In this document: one piece after another, positions 58,347 to 64,000 of the stretch
Position numbering within the stretch: position 1 is the stretch's first letter
Layout: each line of letters begins with the position of its first letter
Assembly: GCA_963650805.1 (NCBI GenBank)
Contig: CAVJMG010000006.1
Location: 21,439-85,438 of the forward strand
DNA length: 64,000 nt
Source of the DNA: an uncultured Bacteroidales bacterium
GTDB taxonomy: Bacteria > Bacillota_I > Bacilli_A > RFN20 > CAG-826
Direction of reading: 5' to 3'
Notes under the pieces: model-generated
Databases searched by the model: none
Seen by the model: only the letters and a program-made list of their open reading frames with translations
What the model was told of the DNA's origin: nothing
Position numbers and translations under genes: made by a program

Positions 58347-59747
58347 ATGAAGCAAAACATGAGCAAATTCGATTTGATGACCAAGGGTAAGATTCCGGGT
58401 TTAGTGACTCGGTTGGCTTTGCCTTCGATTGTTTCTGTCTTGATCACCAGCATTTACAACATGGCCGACACGGCTTTCGTAGGGAGAATTTCGACCCAAG
58501 CCACGGCGGCGGTAGGGGTTGTATTCGCCTATATGGCCATCATTCAGGCCTTTGCTTTTTTCTTCGGTCACGGGGCGGGCAATTTCATATCGCGTGCTTT
58601 GGGGGCTAAGCAAGAGGAAAAGGCCGAGCAAATGGCATCGTTGAGTTTCTTCTCTTGCTTTATGTGCGGCCTCATTTTCATGGCCGTTGGCCTTATTTTC
58701 ATGGATCCCCTTTTGAGGATGATGGGGGCGACGGAGACGATATTGCCCGACGCGAGGGATTATTTCCTTTATATTGCGATTGCCTCGCCCTTTATTATGA
58801 CTTCCTTGGTTCTTAATAATCTCATGCGCTTCCAAGGCAATGCTTCTATGGCCATGATTGGCATATTGGCGGGCGCTATTATCAATATCGGTTTAGATCC
58901 CTTGTTCATCTTCGTTTTCAATATGGGCGTGGCCGGGGCTGGATTAGCGACCATGATTTCCCAAATCATTTCATGGGTATTGCTGTTTTTCCTTGAAAGA
59001 CAAAAAGGCGGCGTCCCCATCCACATCAAATCCTTTAAGGTGAGCAAAGAGTTGACTTTGGAAATCGTTAAAGGCGGCCTCCCTTCTTTGGGGAGGCAAG
59101 GCCTTTTGGCTCTTTCTTCTGTGTTTTTGAACAACGCTGCGGCGCTATATATGGCTAGCGAAGAAGCCGATTCTGCAATCGCAGCGTTTTCCGTTGCGTC
59201 TAGGGCCGTCAATTTCGCTTCTTCCATCGTCATCGGCTTTGGGCAGGGATTTCAGCCGGTGTGCGGATTTAACTACGGGGCGAAGCGCCCTGATAGGGTG
59301 AAGAAGGCCTTCTGGTTCGCGATTGGGGTAGGAAGCGTTTACGCTTTGGCGATTTCGTTATTTGGCTATTTCTTAGCCCCAACGATTGTCGCGTGGTTTA
59401 GAAAAGACGATCCTTTGCTAATTGATATTGGCGCGGAAGCTTTGCGCTTTACTTGCATTGCTTTTCCCGTTTCGGCCATATCCGTGGTGACTGGAATGTA
59501 CCTTCAGGCGGTGAATTACGTGGTTCCCGCCACCTTTGTTTCTGCGGCTAGAAGCGGCTTATTCTATGTAGCCTTTCTTTTTGCCTTCGGCGCATTATGG
59601 GGGAGAACCGGGCTTTGTCTTACCCAAATGGCCAGCGATTTCGCCTCTTGTCTAGCTTGCATCCCTTTTATTGTTTATGGCCTAAAAAGAATGGATAGAG
59701 AGATCGGTCAAAGTTCATCCGAGCAAATCGCCGATCCCGAAGTTTAA
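58347..59747 (+). CDS. MATE-family efflux transporter
   Basis: IPGLVTRLALPSIVSVLITSIYNMADTAFVGRIS is a typical MATE N-terminus, and the protein has 12 predicted helices. The start is uncertain (ATG 58347 or 58359) because the SD is weak. Confidence 0.8.
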   Translation: MKQNMSKFDLMTKGKIPGLVTRLALPSIVSVLITSIYNMADTAFVGRISTQATAAVGVVFAYMAIIQAFAFFFGHGAGNFISRALGAKQEEKAEQMASLSFFSCFMCGLIFMAVGLIFMDPLLRMMGATETILPDARDYFLYIAIASPFIMTSLVLNNLMRFQGNASMAMIGILAGAIINIGLDPLFIFVFNMGVAGAGLATMISQIISWVLLFFLERQKGGVPIHIKSFKVSKELTLEIVKGGLPSLGRQGLLALSSVFLNNAAALYMASEEADSAIAAFSVASRAVNFASSIVIGFGQGFQPVCGFNYGAKRPDRVKKAFWFAIGVGSVYALAISLFGYFLAPTIVAWFRKDDPLLIDIGAEALRFTCIAFPVSAISVVTGMYLQAVNYVVPATFVSAARSGLFYVAFLFAFGALWGRTGLCLTQMASDFASCLACIPFIVYGLKRMDREIGQSSSEQIADPEV

Positions 59748-62011
59748 TTTTTCTTCAGCACTTCCAAGATGTCGATCTTGGAGATGCGGAGCAGAGGAAG
59801 AATCGTGCTCAGTAACGTCGCCGCAGCATAACAAGCGAAGCCAATTAAAATTGACAAAGGGCTTATGGCGAGGACGTTGTAGGCAACGCCGAATACAGAC
59901 GGGGATTTCAGCACTGCGTTTACAATATACAAAGAGGGGTACACTAGAATTAAAGCCACCAAGAAAGAGCCGAGTCCGGATATTCCATTTTGGAAAAGAA
60001 AGCATCCCTGTATCGATTTTTTGGAAATGCCCAACGATTCGAGCAAGGCAATTTCCCTTTTCCTAAGACCTACGTTTTCGCTGCAAATCATCATGGTAAA
60101 GACGGTTGAAAGAATTAGCAAGATGACCGTCGCTGCAACGATATAAGGGAATATCGGCGAGGTTTTTGTTGATTCCATGAAATAACTCGGCGAAGTGCCG
60201 TAAAGGGATGTGGAATAATCGTTTTTATTTTGGCTTAGGATTTTCGCTAATGAAGACGGATCGTTGTTCAAAGCGAAAGTTTCAATCTGAGAATAAGTAA
60301 TTTCGTTTGCCGCTTTTTCAAAGTCTGCTGGGTGCATATAGACTTCCGAAGAGGTGTCGGTTGAAATTCCGACGATTGTGATTGAGGGGAACAAAAGGTC
60401 CATTCTCACCGGGATTTTGGATATGCTGCTAGATAAATCGCGGTAATGAAACGTTTTATTCAATATTGATGTTGGGTCATCACTATCTAAAGCGTATGTG
60501 GCGTGTTTAAAGAAAGCCTCTGAAATCACGGCTTCGCCTTCCTTTTCTGGCGCGCGTCCATAAGTGAGCGGTTGTGCAGCGTAGTGGAGGTAATTTACAT
60601 CTTTGGTTACATAGGTCAAATCGTCGTAAGTATAGGAAAGGAGAAAATCGGAAGCGGGCAAAGTGACGGTGGAGGTACGGGTGAAAGCATCCCTGAAATC
60701 CTCATTGTTCAAAATTACGAATCCGTAGCCTTGGATATACGAAGATCGCTGAGAGAACCGGTAAAATTCCGAAGAGGAATCAATTTCTCCGCGCTCGTTT
60801 TTAGATTGGAGATACCATTCTTTTATTTGGTCCAAATCCCCTGATTCGATTATCTCGGCGGTTTCGAAGGCGCGATTTTTGTTTTCTCCCCAGTCAATCG
60901 AAATTGATTTTTCGGCGAGTTCGGAAACTAGGGAGGTTGTAACGCAACTGCCTTTTTCGGGGTTTTGAATTGCCCTTCCTTTGATTTTCATCCCTTCTTG
61001 GTAAGGGAATATTTGCAAGTTGAGTTTTGTCTGGTTTTCAGTCGAAGAAAGCGAGGACAAAAAACTTGGGAAGACGTCTTCTGCCTTTTCAATGGTTTTT
61101 GATGCTAAATCTTCTGGGTGGAGCGAGACGATGGGAATAAACGAAGACCCGCTATCTTTGAAGGCGTTGGATAAACTGCTATCTAATTGAAAAAAGGATA
61201 ATGAAGAAAGCAGGGTGGCTAACGCAAAAGAAAAGCAGGACAAAAACAAGGAGCCTAATGTTTTTCCTGGGCGTTTCCAAATTGTTTTTTGAGAGAAAGA
61301 CAAAAAGAAATGCGCGTGCATTTTGCTTTTTCTGCCTACATTATCGGGCGCTTGAGGCGCCAAGACCGCGTTTTCATCTGAAGCCGGCGTTTTAAGCGAT
61401 GCTATTTTTCCTTCTTTCATTTCGTAGATGAAATCGCCGTATTTTTCTGCGCTCTCTTTGTCGTGGCTGACGGCGAGAACGAGTTTTGTCTTTGATAGTT
61501 CTTTTAAAAGATCGAAGACGTCTGTTGCGTTTCTTTTATCGAGGTTCGCGGTGGGCTCATCCAAAACTAGGATGGAGGCGTTTTCTAAAAGGCTCCGCCC
61601 GATTGATATCCGCTTTTTTTCGCCCCCGGAAAGATTTGCAACCTTTTGGTTTAATTTATCTTTCATGTGGAGGTTGGCCAAGACGCTTTGAATTTGATTA
61701 TCGTCTTCGCAAACCAAAGAAAGATTTTCTTTGCAAGTCATGTCCTCGATAAGGTTATGCTCTTGAAACAAGACGGAAACCTTATCGGAGCGAAGCGACT
61801 GGTTAAGCTCTTGCCCATCAAGCGTTATTTTTCCATTAGTGGGAGTTAATAGGCCCGACAGAAGGCTTATCAATGTTGTTTTCCCAGAACCCGACCGCCC
61901 GACGATGAAAACAAAACCCTGGCTGGGAAGGGATAAATTTACATGATCAACGGCTAGAACGGTTTTACGGTCGCCTTCGAATGCTTTGGTAAGATCAGTA
62001 ACGACTAACAT
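59744..62011 (-). CDS. Fused ABC ATPase and FtsX-type permease (MacB-like type VII ABC transporter)
   Basis: Walker A GRSGSGKTT, signature LSGGEKKRISIGRSL and Walker B ILVLDEPTANLD sit at the N-terminus. One TM helix, an ectodomain of about 360 aa and a C-terminal FtsX three-helix bundle follow. ATG 62011 lies 2 nt after the upstream stop. Confidence 0.85.
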   Translation of the reverse strand: MLVVTDLTKAFEGDRKTVLAVDHVNLSLPSQGFVFIVGRSGSGKTTLISLLSGLLTPTNGKITLDGQELNQSLRSDKVSVLFQEHNLIEDMTCKENLSLVCEDDNQIQSVLANLHMKDKLNQKVANLSGGEKKRISIGRSLLENASILVLDEPTANLDKRNATDVFDLLKELSKTKLVLAVSHDKESAEKYGDFIYEMKEGKIASLKTPASDENAVLAPQAPDNVGRKSKMHAHFFLSFSQKTIWKRPGKTLGSLFLSCFSFALATLLSSLSFFQLDSSLSNAFKDSGSSFIPIVSLHPEDLASKTIEKAEDVFPSFLSSLSSTENQTKLNLQIFPYQEGMKIKGRAIQNPEKGSCVTTSLVSELAEKSISIDWGENKNRAFETAEIIESGDLDQIKEWYLQSKNERGEIDSSSEFYRFSQRSSYIQGYGFVILNNEDFRDAFTRTSTVTLPASDFLLSYTYDDLTYVTKDVNYLHYAAQPLTYGRAPEKEGEAVISEAFFKHATYALDSDDPTSILNKTFHYRDLSSSISKIPVRMDLLFPSITIVGISTDTSSEVYMHPADFEKAANEITYSQIETFALNNDPSSLAKILSQNKNDYSTSLYGTSPSYFMESTKTSPIFPYIVAATVILLILSTVFTMMICSENVGLRKREIALLESLGISKKSIQGCFLFQNGISGLGSFLVALILVYPSLYIVNAVLKSPSVFGVAYNVLAISPLSILIGFACYAAATLLSTILPLLRISKIDILEVLKKN

Positions 62012-62013
62012 TG

Positions 62014-62769
62014 TTAATAAGTATAGGACAATAAATCGCCGCAAACGCCATGGAATTCTCTTCCGTAATAATTGGCTTGATGTTTAACGGTAATGGAAAC
62101 GTTTGAGGATGACGTCCTAAATGTGCAGAAACCGTAAAATTTCATCGTTGAATGAGACGCCGAATTCAAAACTGTTGAGTGGTAGTATGCTTCGAAATGA
62201 TTCTTCGCGACGTTTGATTCGCTTTTAATCTCAACTGATTGGTTTGTAAAATTCACACTGGCACTTAATTGATATCCGGCGCTTCCAGCGGAAATCCCTA
62301 TTGTTCCGGAATAATTGTTGGATAAATTTTCTGGAGCCCAATTGCACAATTCGTAATTGGCGGGGAAATCGATGGTTGTTTTGACGGAACTGCAATACCA
62401 ATCGTCACCATAGCTCCCAATGCCCATAAATCCCCAATTTCTCCGGGTCGCCATCGGAGATTCGGTTACTCTATAAGCGAAAGCGTATGTGTCGCTAGCT
62501 TTGTTGTTTCTTAACAGAATTTGTTGAATGTTAGTTCTATATTGAGCTTCGCCGTTATCGTTGAATTGATAAGACGGAGTTTCAAAATCGGACATTTTAT
62601 AAGGCACCCAATTGCTGGAAATCGTGAACCCATAGGCGTCACAGTGGCCTTGAAAAGCGTCCGTTGAATTCGCATTCAATTTCGAAAAGCGATAGGTGCA
62701 TCCTTTTTCGACACCAAAGGAAAGCAAGCATGCGGCTAAAGCTAAAGGGCCAATTAATTTAAATTTCAT
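62014..62769 (-). CDS. Small exported beta-rich (lipo)protein encoded between two MacB-like genes
   Basis: MKFKLIGPLALAAC has a signal peptide and a lipobox-like motif. It is rich in Tyr/Asn/Ser/Trp and has a Gly/Ser-rich alternating segment, SGTIGISAGSAGYQLSASVNF. Alternative starts are ATG 62799 and TTG 62805. Confidence 0.6.
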   Translation of the reverse strand: MKFKLIGPLALAACLLSFGVEKGCTYRFSKLNANSTDAFQGHCDAYGFTISSNWVPYKMSDFETPSYQFNDNGEAQYRTNIQQILLRNNKASDTYAFAYRVTESPMATRRNWGFMGIGSYGDDWYCSSVKTTIDFPANYELCNWAPENLSNNYSGTIGISAGSAGYQLSASVNFTNQSVEIKSESNVAKNHFEAYYHSTVLNSASHSTMKFYGFCTFRTSSSNVSITVKHQANYYGREFHGVCGDLLSYTY

Positions 62770-62830
62770 ATTTGAATTATATGGTTCGGTTTCTTTCATT
62801 GTCAATATGCGTCAAGCAAAAACATATCCA

Positions 62831-64000
62831 TTACATGGAAATTTTGATTTTTAAAACCCGCGCCAAATGAGTTGCCCCACATATGAGCAAGAGCGATCCG
62901 ATAGAAATTAAAGGAGTGGAGAAAACCAACGAATACACGGTTAAAAACCCGTATAATGACTGATTTAGCAAGAGAAGAACCAGCCCGGCGGCCAATGATC
63001 CCAGCAAACATGAAATAAGCGAGAAAGAAATGCCAAAAGATGAAAAGAATAGGAAAAGCGTTTTTTCGTTGACACCAATCAATCGTAGCACGCGGAACGC
63101 GTCTTCTCTATATTGGAACAATGAGGCGATGCATGTTGTGGCAGTGATGAGGGCTATAACGAGCGTCGCAAAGGCTCCGGCAAAAAGGATTTTGTTTATT
63201 GGGGATTCGGCGAACTGCTGAGCTTGATAAACTGGCGAAAAGGCGGTTAGAGACGACATATAACGAAAGGATGCCAATTTCTTCGGCAAATTGGCGGCGT
63301 TAGACTTATAGACCGCGACGCCTCCTGAAAAATAAAGAAGCTCATGCGATGTTTTTTTGGCGTCATCGGAGTTTAACAAAACGTCACACTCTTCGTTATC
63401 GGTTATGCCTACAATGGTGACCGAGCCCAAAACATCGCCCAATTCAATGCTTTGTCTAAAGTAAGGACTTGTTTTATCCGTATACTGCGACTTCCGATAG
63501 GAATATTCTTTGCCGATTATTTTGCTTTCCTCATTTTGCAAAGACATGCGGGATAAGAAAGCGCTTGAAACGATAACCTCGTTTTGCTGGGTTGGACTTC
63601 TACCGCTTGTGATGACTTGATTCGAAAAAACGCCGTACCCTACTTTTTCTTTGAAATAGCGGTCGGACGAAACCGTCGCATCGGCTAAAAAATTGGACGC
63701 TGGAAGCAGAACTGGGTTGGTTAATGCAAAAGTTTTCAGGAAATCGGTTTGATTAACGATTACATAACTAAAGTTTTGCATCAAATCTTCGTAATATGAT
63801 TTTAGGTTTGAAGGATTATCGGGCGCTTGGGGGTGTTTTTGAATTTCGATGCTTTGAGAAACAATATAAGAAGCATCGACACTTGAAAAATCGTTAATGA
63901 GTTTTGTGTTCAGCTCTTTCGTTGCAAGAAAGGAAGTGCAAACGCATTCGCCCGTTTGAGGCTCCTTGATTTCTACGCCCTCGAATTTCATGCCGGCTTG
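62831..64000 (-). CDS. C-terminal part of a second MacB-like fused ATPase-FtsX transporter, N-terminus outside the window
   Basis: The frame is open to the window edge. It aligns with the ectodomain and FtsX part of 59744..62011 (MKFEGVEIKEPQTGECVCTSF versus MKIKGRAIQNPEKGSCVTTSL, with parallel C-terminal helices). Confidence 0.75.
   Translation of the reverse strand, partial: QAGMKFEGVEIKEPQTGECVCTSFLATKELNTKLINDFSSVDASYIVSQSIEIQKHPQAPDNPSNLKSYYEDLMQNFSYVIVNQTDFLKTFALTNPVLLPASNFLADATVSSDRYFKEKVGYGVFSNQVITSGRSPTQQNEVIVSSAFLSRMSLQNEESKIIGKEYSYRKSQYTDKTSPYFRQSIELGDVLGSVTIVGITDNEECDVLLNSDDAKKTSHELLYFSGGVAVYKSNAANLPKKLASFRYMSSLTAFSPVYQAQQFAESPINKILFAGAFATLVIALITATTCIASLFQYREDAFRVLRLIGVNEKTLFLFFSSFGISFSLISCLLGSLAAGLVLLLLNQSLYGFLTVYSLVFSTPLISIGSLLLICGATHLARVLKIKISM

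Noticed and set aside
62802-63011. 69-aa minus-strand ORF overlapping the end of the partial MacB-like gene
   Set aside because: It is out of frame within the FtsX-domain coding region, which has clear paralog support. It has no independent evidence.

Overview
The window looks like a chromosomal segment from a monoderm, probably wall-less, Firmicutes/Mollicutes-like anaerobe that uses the standard genetic code (TGA ends rpoB and rpoC). The first third is a conserved core: a partial MgtC-family gene, a hypothetical gene, an ArsR-type repressor with a P1B heavy-metal ATPase, then rplK-rplA-rplJ-rplL, a ybxB-like methyltransferase, rpoB-rpoC and rpsL-rpsG-fusA-tuf. These genes show strong C-ending codon bias, which generates many long spurious antisense ORFs. 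After tuf the sequence becomes visibly more AT-rich and accessory. It holds an island of four exported proteins: one lipoprotein, two paralogous about 420-aa lipoproteins, and between the paralogs an alpha/beta hydrolase with a C-terminal array of His/Cys zinc-knuckle-like repeats. Next comes a PhnD-PhnC-PhnE-PhnE-type ABC importer with a coupled P-loop kinase. It is followed by a nine-gene operon of about 13.7 kb: a membrane-anchored ectoprotein, a Mollicutes-type insertion-bearing ABC ATPase, two permeases, two binding lipoproteins, a staphylococcal-nuclease-type lipoprotein, a zinc-ribbon membrane protein and a Big_2 lipoprotein with four OB-like repeats. I consider this operon the best candidate for a poorly described system, namely extracellular nucleic-acid capture, cleavage and import. 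Downstream are two RDD-family membrane proteins and tRNA-Lys(CUU), followed by a variable islet. The islet contains a decayed AlbA_2-like fragment, a large lipoprotein, an AAA+/PD-(D/E)xK (DUF4143-type) ATPase preceded by 3 x 23-bp repeats, and a BspA-like LRR lipoprotein. The window ends with a Lys-rich small protein, pyruvate:ferredoxin oxidoreductase, a MATE exporter, and two tandem MacB-like fused ATPase-FtsX transporters with a small beta-rich lipoprotein between them. I saw no CRISPR array, rRNA, transposase or integrase. All calls come from reading the sequence and the ORF track by eye, with no database searches.
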